DNA of 64,000 nucleotides from Curvularia clavata (Eukaryota): NCBI GenBank assembly GCA_023920165.1, contig CP089280.1, positions 1 to 64,000 of the forward strand, read 5' to 3'. Shown piece by piece: positions 50,956 to 63,218 of this stretch (position 1 is its first letter; each line of letters starts with the position of its first letter). The notes under the pieces were generated by a model. It saw only the letters and a program-made list of their open reading frames with translations, ran no database searches and was not told where the DNA came from. The position numbers and the translations under genes were made by a program.

Positions 50956-51522
50956 CTTGTACATAAACACGATGAAGTTCCTTGATTATAGATGTAAAGT
51001 TAGTTGCTAATTGCAAAGATCTCATCGCGCTATACTTCATTCTTAGTCGCGTAGCAGGGAGGGTGGAATCTTTTAGAAGACATATGCAACTATAAAAGCA
51101 CTATAAATTACTGAACGTGTTTTACAAGGGCTTAGAGCACTCCGCTAACTTGACACTCTTCTCTTCTTTTATTATACCTTGGCTATACACAATGTTACTC
51201 ATCAAGATTACCGCCACCTACAGTCCTCTCTTCTAGCTTGCCAAGATGTTCTGAGTTTGCTTCGCAGTTATATCAGCAGCGCTTTCCAGCGCGTTAATCA
51301 GACAAAGCTGTTTAGAACGCATTAGAAATTTTGATAGTAGCTCTTTAGCTCTGGATATAGTTATTTCACTTAAAAATTACAAATTGCAAAGTGAAGACAT
51401 ACACAGGTAACTTTGAGAAATTCCAACAATGTTTTCCAAGATATTATGTCTAATAGTGTTATTATTGGAGTACCGGTACGATGTATTAAACTCGATCAAG
51501 TGTCTAACTTACTCTTGAAATC

Positions 51523-51586
51523 TGTTGAGTGTTGAGTCGAATGTTGAGTGTTGAGTCAAATGTTGAGTGTTGAGTGTTGAGTCAAA
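51523..51586 (+). repeat. TGTTGAG heptamer tandem array upstream of the hydrophobin-like gene
   Basis: Seven TGTTGAG units in three blocks, each closed by TCRAA. Confidence 0.85.
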
Positions 51587-51687
51587 TAAAGATTTTACCC
51601 ACTCTATACTACCTATTTATACAACGAACCCCTGACACCACTTCTTCTACTAAGAATTCCTATATCAATACACAACCAACAAGAAGA

Positions 51688-52178
51688 ATGCGTGCTACTC
51701 TTTTTACCCTTGTTGCCCTTCTAGGCCTCACTGCTATCGCCACTACTCTACCTAAGGACAGCAAAATAGTAGAACGAAATACCAATATCTGTCCCCGCAG
51801 CAAAGATCTACGATGCTGTGAGACTAACAATAATGGCGATATCGTATCCTGTGTTGATCGTAAGTAATGTTCAAATTTCTTAGCCATTAACTCTAGGAGT
51901 ATTCCATGTATTGTCTTCCTCTATTGCTATACAACTCTATACTAATATAAACTTCTCTAGCGGGAGAGGTTGACTCTATCGAGGATTTCAAGAAGGCCTG
52001 TAAAGAGATGAATGAGACAGACCGCAAACGCCATGAAGAGGAGGAAGAGAAAAGCAAGAAACATCGTAAAGGCAGACGGGCTATGTGTTGCAACCGCGAC
52101 AGCGCATTGGGCTCACCAACAATCAACCTAATAGGTCGTTCCAGCAGTATGAACAAATGTGAGGACGTGGAGGGTTAG
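51688..52178 (+). CDS. Secreted 8-Cys class II hydrophobin-like protein, 129 aa, 2 exons
   Basis: Signal peptide and IVER propeptide; intron 51860-51960. Cys pattern C-X7-CC-X10-C-X15-C-X28-CC-X22-C. SIEDFKKAC resembles the class II helix. Confidence 0.8.
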
Positions 52179-53859
52179 GGTTAAAGGAGATAACGGCGTG
52201 ACTGCCTGTATCGCAGTATTTGCAAATAGCTTCAACTATAGTTACCGCAATTGTTGTACTGTGCTGCAATCACTTCACTGTTTAACAATTCGAAAACTGG
52301 TCAATGACGAAGTTAGCAGTATTGAGCAAGTCACAATCTTCAGTATAGTTACACTATTGGTGATGAGCATTTATAGCATGATATGTCAAGAATTTGAGTA
52401 CAGGTACTTCTTAGGTCATCTGTTGACAGCACCCTGTCCGTCATCCGCGACGATCAACACCACAAATCTTAATATCAGGTACTTCATCCTGTTCAATAGT
52501 AGAATCGTAATATTTCTTGACACTAGTGTTAGAACTAAAATGCAAAAGCCAAGAGGCCGATTCGCGTCAGACTATAATAGGCGATACTCACCCCGCCGTG
52601 CTGAAGCTTGGGCTAGTGGGCGGTCTGTGTCTGTCACAAGATCCCAAGTTGTCGGAAGTCATAGGGCTTCAGCTGCGGCTATCGACTAGGCACCGTTCCG
52701 CTCCGTTCCGCTCCGTTCCGTTCTATGGGTCGGCACGCTCGTTCAATTACATTATTATGCGTCACCATATATGTGATAATCTGTTAAAATAACTTTGTAA
52801 CATTGGAATACGGCTTTTCTATAGAGACATACTCCCACTCCTCTGGCTTTAGTATTACAGCAACTGCTACCTATTTAATACTGTCTAAATTTACAACAAG
52901 AGTCTTGGTGTGGCGAATCTAGATTACTAAACGTCACAGACACAATCGCTAGATAAATTATTTGATAAGAATAGCAACACACATCGAATCAAGACATTGC
53001 GGCGAGCTGAATGCATGGGAGGTGGATACCCATTTACACTAGTTAGTATTAGACGCAATCTAGACTGAAGCGGATCGCTCCGCTTTCCCCACTTTCTCCA
53101 CTGCTCTGACACACCCTGGCACAAGCCCGCGTACAGACCGCAGGCTGTACAGCGGTCGTGCCTATCTTCTCCTACTATTCTCTTTACTGAAACTTGCTGC
53201 AACTTACATACACTGCCCAGAATGTATTATCTCACTGCACAACTGGTCATGGGATCAGAACAAATTTGACCACAGTAACATAGAGGACGCGGCGACGTAT
53301 AGATTTGTCGGTATGTGGTAATGTTTACTATCCATAGAACCCTGATTCTACTTTATTTCCCTTCAGCCAGCCCTTTACCTTTAGAAAAGAGACAGCTGAC
53401 ATGCACATCAAAAGCGGTGCAAGCTGAGCGCCTAGTTTGAGCCAGTGAACACGCGAAAGTACCTAGCCTGTCATTGATGCTTGCATTCAGCCAGCCACAA
53501 AATGTTCAATAGTCAACTAGTAGCTGCAGCGAGCTTACTCAATAACCACAAAGCATCCGCTAAGACATTTGCTGTGTAGAATAGGTGTCAGTAGTGTAGG
53601 GCTCTACCAATTGCCTTACGCGTTCCAGCCAGCCAGCCACGACAAGAAAACCTGTACAGAAATGAAGTCTGGCCAACAAAAGCCAAAGTGAAGGGCTTCG
53701 GCTAGAGGAAAGACGCTATTTAAACAACGATCGAGCTTGATAACCGAGAAACCTATGCGGGCAGCTCTCGCTATTATATAACATTGAACGATATATTCAA
53801 GGCCCATTCTTCGAATCACTATCCTTTTTCCTAACCTCTTGTCAAGGTTTAGTGCAAAC

Positions 53860-55739
53860 ATGGACGACCTGCAGAACGCCCGTACTCTGCCTCTCATCAA
53901 ATATCTTCTACGGTCTCATGAAGCGCTCGAAGAGGATGCTGGGAAAAACCTCTTCTCAGTCATCAAGAAACACGCCAGCAAGAGCAGAGATCCCATTGAT
54001 GAGTCGTTTGAGAATTTTCAGGAATACATGACCCTCATTAAGGACGACTCCAATACAAGAGGCTCTGGTAAAACTGTACGTTCTCCTTGAGACTTTAAAA
54101 TGGATGCATTCAACAGTAATCCTTTCAGGAATGTCCTAATCAGTCGCAGGTCACGGTTGTTGGTGCTGGTGTATCGGGTCTGTGTGCTGCTTTTGAACTC
54201 AAGCGTCGGGGGTTTGAAGTCAAGATCTTAGAAGCTTCCTCACGCGTTGGTGGTCGTGTGATCACGTTCCGAGATCCGTTCTTAGCACCTGGCCTTCACG
54301 CCGAGGGAGGTGCCATGCGGATCCCTCATGACCACTACCTTCTTCGTCAATACATCGACGATTTCGGACTAACGCCAAGTTTGTTTGAATTTGAGATGAA
54401 GAATAAGTTCATTCATCTTACTGGAATGCCTCCAGGACGTCAGACGTTGAGATATACCGAGTTTGACAAACTTCTCCAGGAAGAGAATGAAGATCTCATG
54501 AAGTTGTTCCCGGATCTGACCGATAGAGAGAGAGGAAAGACATGCGATCAGCTGTTCGACTCTGCCGTGGAACCAGTAAAGGAGCTGTGGAACGAAACTT
54601 ACGACAAGTATAAGAATCTCCAGGCTACAGTTCCGAGTGACCATCCGGTGTATGACCAGAATGCAATCAAGGAAGCATACAAAGCAATCACAGAGAGGTG
54701 GGATAGTTATAGCCTGCGCTCTTATTTGACTGATGAAGCAAAATGGAGCCAATCGGCCATCAATCTCTACGATTTGGGAAACGCGCATGTCGTTTTCGAG
54801 AACAGTTTCATCGAGTCTTTCAAAGATGCTTTCTTATCCAGCAATGGAACGATCTTAGGCATGCAGCAGCTTCAAGAGGGAATGGACGCTGTACCAAAAG
54901 GATTCTTGAACCCCTATCCAGACAAGGGCTTGAAGGATTCCTTACTGAATAATATCACATTTGGTGCGCGAGTCAAGAAGATTGGATATGGTGAGCTCGA
55001 AGATCAGGTCACATTGAACCAAAGGCCTATCAAAGTGTATTACGATAACGATACAGGAGAAGAATGTTTTGTGGAGTCGGACTATTTAGTCCTCGCAATT
55101 CCCTATACATCGCAGCGCTCCATCATTAAGGAACGAGCTTTTGTCCCGAAACAAGAGATGGCCATTCGAGAAGTGCGCTATGTGGAAGTCACAAAGGTTA
55201 TACTCCAGTACTCGCAACGATGGTGGAAGAAAATCTTCAACGACACTAGGAATGAGACCGAAGAGGACACAGATGGCGGTGTTGTGACCGATCTGCCTAT
55301 CAGATACACTATGTTCCCGAAGGAAAAGGGAAACTCTCAGTTTGAGAAAGGGAACCCGCGTGGTGCCGTCATGGCCGCTTATACTTTCGAGCAAGACGCC
55401 ACCATCCTCGGCGCCATGTCCAACGAGCGCCGCATCCAGCTTGCCGCTCGAAATCTCGATACGATCTTTCCCACTGCGAAATCACTGAGTTTTCTTGAGG
55501 CCGGCAAATCCCAAGTATTTCCGGCGGATGAGCTTGCGGGTGGAAGCGCATTCTGCTATTTTGGGCCGTCCCAGAAGAAGGAGTTTCTGAACACGATGAT
55601 GGCAACCGACTGGGACAATAGGGTCTTCTTTGCCGGAGAACAAGCCAGCTTCACACATGGCTGGATTCAGGGTGCATTGGAGGCTGCGCTGAGGTGTGTA
55701 AAGCAAGTGCTCGATGTTGCAGCTACTCCAGTGCAGTAG
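53860..55739 (+). CDS. Flavin-containing amine oxidase / L-amino acid oxidase-like, 2 exons
   Basis: Intron 54076-54149; VVGAGVSGL, ILEASSRVGGRV, AEGGAMRIP, VFFAGEQAS..HGWIQGALEAA. Confidence 0.93.
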
Positions 55740-56731
55740 CTGCAGGAACTGTAGATATGCAGCACCTTCTGGCATTACAGCTTCCATACTTTTTTCCACA
55801 ATAAAATTAAGTCCTTCGCTCTAGACCTACCACAAGTTGTACATACCACGCACACACCCCCAATTCACTGTTATCGAGATTCCAAGTTCTTTTCCTTACT
55901 CTTAATATAACTACTAATGTCAATCCTCGCGCGCCAGGACGCCTGGTAAGACGGGACACCTTTTCCCCTAGGAGCTCAGCATACTTCTATAATGCATATA
56001 AATCGACTAGTTTAGCGTACATTTGTCTTGTAGCTCTCGCTTTTCTGATGCGTTACCTTCTAGCACTAGAAAGCTCGTTACTAATTATGCTGTTACTCGT
56101 TTTCCTAAAGCTATTCACTAACGTTCTTCTAAAGTATCTCTATTCATTTATGGAGGCGTGTAGTCGTAAAGAATTTTGTAGACTAGGAAGCTCACTAAGA
56201 AGACAAAGATTAAGAATGTAGTCTTAAAAGGCCAATTTAGGTGAGACGTGTGCAGTCCAGTAGTCTGAACATGCAGACGGCAAGATTGTCAAAACGCGTC
56301 TGCATACCAAATGATGCTAACAGTGCATATTCTGCGAAAGGTGTGCTGAGATGTCTGCGCGCCGCACCGCGCGCCGCACCGCGCACTGTGGCCGCTCGAC
56401 CAAGTCTTGGCAGCTTCCTGTACGAATGGTAGATTTTTTGCACTTGTCGCTACGGTGCCCGCGCCATAATCGGCTCCGCACAGCTGACCGACAGTCGTTT
56501 TGGAGATGCCTTGTTCCGGAGCATAACCCAAGAACTTTTTTAGGACCTCCGTTGTCGAGCCATGTTGATTGACCTCCGCTCCAGCATACACACGATGGCT
56601 GGTGACTGGGAGTATGCGAACTCCACGGCGCTGTGATTGCATGATGGCCTCCTTCCAACTCCCCCACCCCCGCTTCGACAATTGAGATTGCTCCACGCTC
56701 TTGCCTCTCACCTGCTACAGCCAGCTTCACA

Positions 56732-57526
56732 ATGGCGGGACAATCACAACCCCGAGATCTCAGTAGCCTTTCAGTGCAATTCCGCAACGCAATGGAAGGC
56801 ATCACTCACCAATGGGGCTTTGTTGTTGTGCGCATCGCTTACGCCAATGACAACGACGACGCACAGTGGGCTGCTGCCTTAAAGAAGCTATACGACTACG
56901 CTACTCCATCAGATAGCGGGGCTGAGATGGATCCCAACACATTTGCGCTACCCATCATATCTGATAGTGCTCTTCTGCGCGGGGCTGACTATGCCTCAGT
57001 GCGCAAGTCGTTCAACCAGTGGATGGCGGACTTCGTTGGCCGGCAGAGAAATGAAGACGACGATGACGGCGAAGAATGGCCGTCGGACATCCGGCGCGAT
57101 GTTTGCGTTGTCATCGACGAGGCTGCACTGGCTTCATTGCTGAATGCGCCAGACTTTGTTCGCGACAAAGTTCCCAACCTGGACCTAGAGCCGTGGGTTA
57201 CTGTAGTGGACGCCGAGGACCCAGCTAACATCCCTTATCGCGGCGGGGCGCCGTATATGGGCTTCACAAGAACCTACGTACGTGTCCTCAGCCAACTATT
57301 CGATGATCTTGACTCGTGTTCTCTGGAGAAGCTGAGCCCGATTCGAGTATACGATGGCCAGATACCGCTTTTTACTGGTTCTTCACAGGGCAAGCTTGTA
57401 GATCCACATGGTGGAGTGGAGGGACGATATAAGTTTCCGCGGGGAACGCCGAGGGGCGCACAGGGAGCACAGGTTATGTTGAAGGAGATTGAGCGAGTGG
57501 TGGGGAGAGCAGGTATCGGTTATTGA
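56732..57526 (+). CDS. Conserved fungal hypothetical protein, 264 aa
   Basis: Long ATG ORF with WGFVVVRIAY and VCVVIDEAALASL motifs, typical of an uncharacterised ascomycete family. Confidence 0.8.
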   Translation: MAGQSQPRDLSSLSVQFRNAMEGITHQWGFVVVRIAYANDNDDAQWAAALKKLYDYATPSDSGAEMDPNTFALPIISDSALLRGADYASVRKSFNQWMADFVGRQRNEDDDDGEEWPSDIRRDVCVVIDEAALASLLNAPDFVRDKVPNLDLEPWVTVVDAEDPANIPYRGGAPYMGFTRTYVRVLSQLFDDLDSCSLEKLSPIRVYDGQIPLFTGSSQGKLVDPHGGVEGRYKFPRGTPRGAQGAQVMLKEIERVVGRAGIGY

Positions 57527-57708
57527 TTCTGACGAGCTGAGGAGCATCAAACGAAAGAGGACAGAAGTGGTACCTATCCCTACTCCTGTTCTTTTAATCT
57601 TGAGATGAAACTCGAACAACGCTTAGAAAGTTATAGTCAAGTTACAACTTGGTAAAGAGAAGGCATTCACTTCACACAAGCTTCTCTTCACCGTTTCGAG
57701 ACCAATGT

Positions 57709-58704
57709 TCAATACAATGCAGTAGGCGGCACGTGTGCTGTATCAACATCATCATACCAACCCGTCCGTCCCCGCTTTCTTTTCATACTACACGCCTCCA
57801 ACCATATCCTCCCACTTGCTTCTCCCTCTTCATGCCTCAACTTTCTCTTCTTCGTAAGCAATAGATGCGCCTGCTTGAGTACCTCATGCTGAAACCGTAA
57901 AAACTTCATATCCGAGTCGTTGGCCTCCATTTCATCGCCAAAAGTTATCCTTAACCACCACGGTGGAACAGGTTTTGTCTCGCCTAGCTCGCTGTCAAGC
58001 CAACTCGCTACTCTTGCTGCGACTTGCTCTCCTCTCTGGCGCCGCTCCAACTCGTTAAGATTATGGTAATCGTCCTGCTCGGCGAAGAATGCAGATCCCA
58101 TTCTCTCCTTCAACATGCGAGATCGCGCTTCAAATTTGTCCAAATGGGGAAAATGTGCCTTCAACGTCCACGCATCGCGGACTATGTGCTCCCACTTAGT
58201 GAACATAAGGCATCTGTCACTGGAGTAGTAAATAGAGTACTCGCAGTACACAATCTGGAGACGCCTAATCAGGCGCGCGGGCGTGAGGGGGAACGAGCAT
58301 AGAACGTGCGAGAGTGAAAGTGGATTTAAATGTGACCTCGTACGGTGGAGTCTGCGGAAAGAAATCTCAACTATGCGTGTGCGAAAAAGTGCGGTTAGGG
58401 CTTCTGCGTGGATTTGACGGCATGTGAGGAACAGGTTGATGTGGGAGGCAAGTGTCCGCCGCTGACTCCATCGTGTGGTGGCTTGTATGCGGTCGCGATA
58501 GTGGATCCCACGGTCGGGGAAGGTGTAGCTATAGATTAAATCACGCAATTCGCGTGGGAGCGAAAGAAATGGGAAGGGGGTATCCGAGAGGTCGGTGCGT
58601 AGAGTTATAGTTGGTGGGGGAACAGGTAGTGGGCGTGAAAAACCTTTGGATATCTCGATTCGGACCGAGAGATGCAGTCGGTAGGAGCTATTATATCCGT
58701 CCAT
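57709..58704 (-). CDS. F-box-like hypothetical protein, 331 aa
   Basis: PFPFLSLPRELRDLIYSY ... LFLTCRQIHAEA motif pair. Confidence 0.78.
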   Translation of the reverse strand: MDGYNSSYRLHLSVRIEISKGFSRPLPVPPPTITLRTDLSDTPFPFLSLPRELRDLIYSYTFPDRGIHYRDRIQATTRWSQRRTLASHINLFLTCRQIHAEALTALFRTRIVEISFRRLHRTRSHLNPLSLSHVLCSFPLTPARLIRRLQIVYCEYSIYYSSDRCLMFTKWEHIVRDAWTLKAHFPHLDKFEARSRMLKERMGSAFFAEQDDYHNLNELERRQRGEQVAARVASWLDSELGETKPVPPWWLRITFGDEMEANDSDMKFLRFQHEVLKQAHLLLTKKRKLRHEEGEASGRIWLEACSMKRKRGRTGWYDDVDTAHVPPTALY

Positions 58705-59121
58705 TTGTTTTTCGATTTTCTCTTGGAACTTGATTTTGAGGAAACAAATGTATCAATGTATAATCTTCCAGGACGCACCGTACTGCCCGGTACTTATCAG
58801 CTCTGCACCTTGATACTTGAGTCAAAGGCCTACCTAGTGTATACTCTTGAGGCTGAGGGGCCGAACTTCATTAATGGAATTGAGTCATCAGGATGTAATT
58901 TTATTGGTTGCAGGAGACGCATTTGAGACGCTGCGCGCTCAGCTAGACCCACTCGCTTTACAAGCTATGGTGGCTGTGCTTCGATATGCTTACTTCTCTT
59001 TCGGGCTTATTTGCAAGCTGCAGCTCGCGCCGCGATCCTATTTCTGAACAGCTGTGTAACTATCTAAACTCCACCAGTTTACTACTATATTAATGATTTT
59101 CCACTCGAGGATATCTTCATA

Positions 59122-62100
59122 ACGTAGTTTACAAGCGAGTCGGCCATATAAGCGAGTTGGCCACCCCACCAACTTTATGCACTTTGAAAGCTATACACTA
59201 TAATGGCTCCACCACTACGTACTCTACAATCTCGTAATAAAGTTAATATTATTCTTGCTATTTCTTCTCTTTATAGCTAGTAGCTAAGTAGCTCTAGATA
59301 GGCTGCGTTAGCATATAATGTTTTAAAATCTATACTTAATGACTAACGTGCTGGCAAGCCTGTCTGACGCGATTGCTAGCCTAACTTAAAGAAGCTTACT
59401 AAGCTAGAAGAGGAGGTGATAATTAACTATATACTTGATTTCGATCTACGTAGATTTTCGCCTACCTACGCAGCTATGCGCGATATAGCCGATAGACTTC
59501 TAGCTGCGCGTGGCGCTGGCCAGATTGGCGTCTACTAGCCGCGTAATTTCGTTAAGCGTATAGACAGTCTTACGACGCGTTTTAATTAAGCGTACAATAG
59601 GCAGAGAGCCTTATACAAAGATCTAGTCTTAATTAAGAGCTAGTTTGAGCTTGTAGAGTAGACAAAGGCTAAGTACAGTATCTATAACGAGGACGTCTAC
59701 AACTTTAACAAAGCTAGCTTTTTAATAGACAAGATTACTACTTAGCTTATCGTTACAGCTTTAGAAAGAAGAGCTCGGCCAAAGGCTGTCCAGCCAGATA
59801 GTCGCGAGTGGGTGACATTTATCGCTAGAATTAACGCAGCTGGCTGGTCTATCCCACTATTTCTAATCTTTACTAGTAAGTATTACCTATCTATCTAGTA
59901 TAAGGAGGCAGATATCCTACGCGACTAGGCGATCGCAGTTAGCAATAACGGCTGGACGACTAACGAGCTAGAAGTTGAGTAGCTAAAGCACTTTATTAAG
60001 TATATAGATAGCAAGATTATTAGGGCACGCCAGCTACTTATTCTTAATAGCTATAAAAGCTACTAGTTACTTAAGTTCTAAGAGCTCTGCAAGGAGAACA
60101 ATATCTATACGCTCTATATACCGCCCCACTCGTCTTACCTACTTTAGCCTCTTGATATTAGCTATTTCTCGCCGCTAAAGCGCGCGTATAGCCGTGAGGT
60201 GGAGAGTCTAATACGTAACTATATTAACTACATCACTAAGCTTAAGTTTCTACTAGCGTTTAAGGCAGCGTTTAATAGATCCTTCACGTTAGCTAATATC
60301 TGCTCAGCTTTCTAAGGCGCAGGTCTTATTCTTTTATAGCTAGAAGCTATTCTCTTAAAGCTTGACGTATAGCTGCGTACGCCTACTCCTCTAGCTGCTC
60401 TTATAGAAGCTCTCTAGCAGGCCTATACACCAGGCAACCTACGCGAGCTTGAAGCTCAATTAACGCTAATAAGTAATCGCGTTCGACAGTATAAAAGCTT
60501 ATTACTAGCGTTAATTATTACAGCGATTAGCTAGCTTAAAAAGGGGGTAGAAGTGATGATACTCTCGGCTAAGCTAATGCGCGATCGAATTGCTAACTTT
60601 AAGAGAGCTAATACAGCAATATTAGAGCGTTGAAAGCGTAAGAAAAAATAGATATAGAAGCGTAGAGTTCTTATAAAGGGAGCTAGCGAGGATATACTTA
60701 CTTAACATAAGGCCGATGAGCAGATTGCTTATGAGGAGCGTCAGGGTAGAGAGCGATTAGGTGTTAGCCACCAGGCTCTAGCGCGCTATAGTAGGTGTAG
60801 AGAGACTGGCCATAACTTACGTATATGTAAGAAAGATACTCTAGATACTACTTAATCTAGTATATTAATATATATTTATATTATTATAATATGGTGGAGC
60901 TATACGCCTGTAGAGGTGCATAAGTTGGTGGGGTGGCCGACTCGCTTGTATGGCCGACTCGCTTGTAACGTAGTGGATAAGCGAGTCGCGCAGGCAAGCG
61001 AGTCGCGCACCCCACTAAACCTTCGCACCTCTATCAGCATATAACTCCACCACTATACGACTATCTCAATATATATTAGTGTAGTAGATTAATTAGTTAC
61101 TATAGTATCGTTCTTATATATACGCGTATTATGGCCAGTCTCTCTACACCTACTATAGCGTGCTAAAGCCTGTCGGCTAACACCTAATCGCTCTCCTCCA
61201 TGGCGCTGTTTATAAGCAATCTGCTGATCTACCTCACGCTGCGCGAGTAGATCCTCTCTTTCTCTCTTTATAAGCACCTCTCGCTTCTATATCTACTTTC
61301 TTTTACGCTACCTACGCTTTATTACTATCTTATTAGCTATCTTAAGACTAGCGATTCAATCGCGTATTAGCTTAGCTAAAAGTATTATTATCTCTGCCCC
61401 TTTTTTAAGCTAGCTAATTGCTATAATAATTAAAGCTAGTAATAAGTCTTAGTGCCGCTAAACGCAATCACGTATTAACGTCGATTAAGCTTTAAGCTCG
61501 CGTGTGTTGCTAGATGTACAAGCTTACTAGAGAGCCTCTACTAGAATAGCTAGTAGAGTAGGTGTACACAACTTCACGTCAAGCTTTAATAGAATAATAT
61601 CTAGCTAGAGAGGCATAAGACCTGCGCTACAGAAGATAGAGTAGATATTAGCTAAGGTAAACGAGCGATTAAAGGCGGCCTTAAATGCTAGTAGAAACTC
61701 GAGCTTAGTGATATAGTTAATGTAGTTGCGTATTAGGCTCTCCACCTCACAGCTATACGCGCGCTTTAATAGCGAGAAGCAGCTAACGTCGAGAGGCTGA
61801 AGTAGGTGAGATAAGTGAGACGGCATATAGAGCGTGTAGATATTATTCTCCTTATAGAGCTTTTAGAACTTAAGTAACTGGTAGCTCTTATAGCCGTTAA
61901 GAATAAGTAGCCAGCGTGCCCCAACAACTTTACCCTCTGTATACTTAATAAAGTGCTTCAACCACTTAACTCCTAGCTTGTTAGTCGTCTAGCTGTTATC
62001 GCTAACTGCAATCGCCTAGTTGCGTAGGATCTCTATCTTATCGTACTAAGCAGACAGATAATACTTACTAGTAAAGATTAGAAATAGTAGAATAGACTAG

Positions 62101-62832
62101 CTAGCTGCGTTAATTATAGCGATAAACGTTACCTACTCGCGATTATCTAGCTAGATAGCCTTTAGTCGAGATTTTCTTTCTAACGCTGTAACGATAAGCT
62201 AAGTAGTAATCTTACCTATTAAGAAGCCAGCTTCGTTAAAATTATAGACGTCCTCGTTATAGATGCTATACTTAGCTTTCGTCTGCTTTATAAGCTTAAA
62301 CTAGCTCTTAATTAAGACTAGATTTTTATATAGAGCTCTCTGCCTATTATATATCTGATTGAAACGCGTCGTAAGACTATCTATACGCTTGATAAAGTTA
62401 GCTAGCCATTTCTATCTAATCTAGCCAGCGCCGCGCGCAGCCAGCAGCTTATCAGCTATATCGCGCACAGTAGTGTAGGTAGACGCAAATCTACGCTAAT
62501 CTAGATTAAGTATATAGCTAATAATTACCTCCTCTTCTATCTAAGTAAGCTTTTTCGAGTTAGGCTGGCAATCGCGTCTAACACGCTTCCCAGCATATTA
62601 ATTACGTAATATTAATTTAAGTATATTAAAGATTGAAGCTGCGCGCTAGTCTATTTAAATTTAATTAAAATTAAGAGACTATATAGTAAGCTGGATATCT
62701 AATTCGTTTGAGAGTAATTAAGTAGCGTGGCGTGGAGCCATAATGGAGGCAAGTATGATAGGGTAAGAAAGTTGGTGAGGTGCGCGACTCGCTTGCCTGC
62801 GCGACTCGCTTATCCACTACGTTATACTACGT
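59122..62832 (+). mobile_element. pogo/Fot1-type transposon A, RIP-inactivated; right TIR split by element B
   Basis: Left TIR ACGTAGTTTACAAGCGAGTCGGCC follows TA; transposase relic from ATG 59203. The right TIR runs to 60967 and resumes as TACTACGT at 62825-62832, followed by TA. Confidence 0.93.
60968..62822 (-). mobile_element. pogo/Fot1-type transposon B, RIP-inactivated, nested in A
   Basis: TIRs ACGTAGTGGATAAGCGAGTCGCGCAGGCAAGCGAGTCGCGCACC, TA duplication, transposase relic from ATG 62741 (HLLQPLDVSCFSLLKRAY). Confidence 0.95.
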
Positions 62833-63218
62833 TACGTCTACATGAAAAACAAGATTAGTCTGAATGATGTATAGTCATGGCACCTCCAGAAGTGCCGAAA
62901 ATGCTTATGAACAGTTATTCTTGCACCCTTGGCAAGATCCAAAACATCAATTAAGTGATACCGTACCTTATCATGGGGCGATGTCATGATGAAGTAACAT
63001 ACCTCAATTGTGGGAAACTAAAAGATGCTCCGAAAATAGGGCCGGAGAAACCCCTGGTGATATTGGTCGGCGCGTGCATTGTACCGAACACCCGATCCCT
63101 CCACATTCCGACAGACATTGTACATGCTTCTTACGCAAGCTCTCGTCACCTATAAAGCACGAATTTCTATGCGCCACACAACTGCATACAATACCAAAAG
63201 TCGTTCTAACATGAGAAC

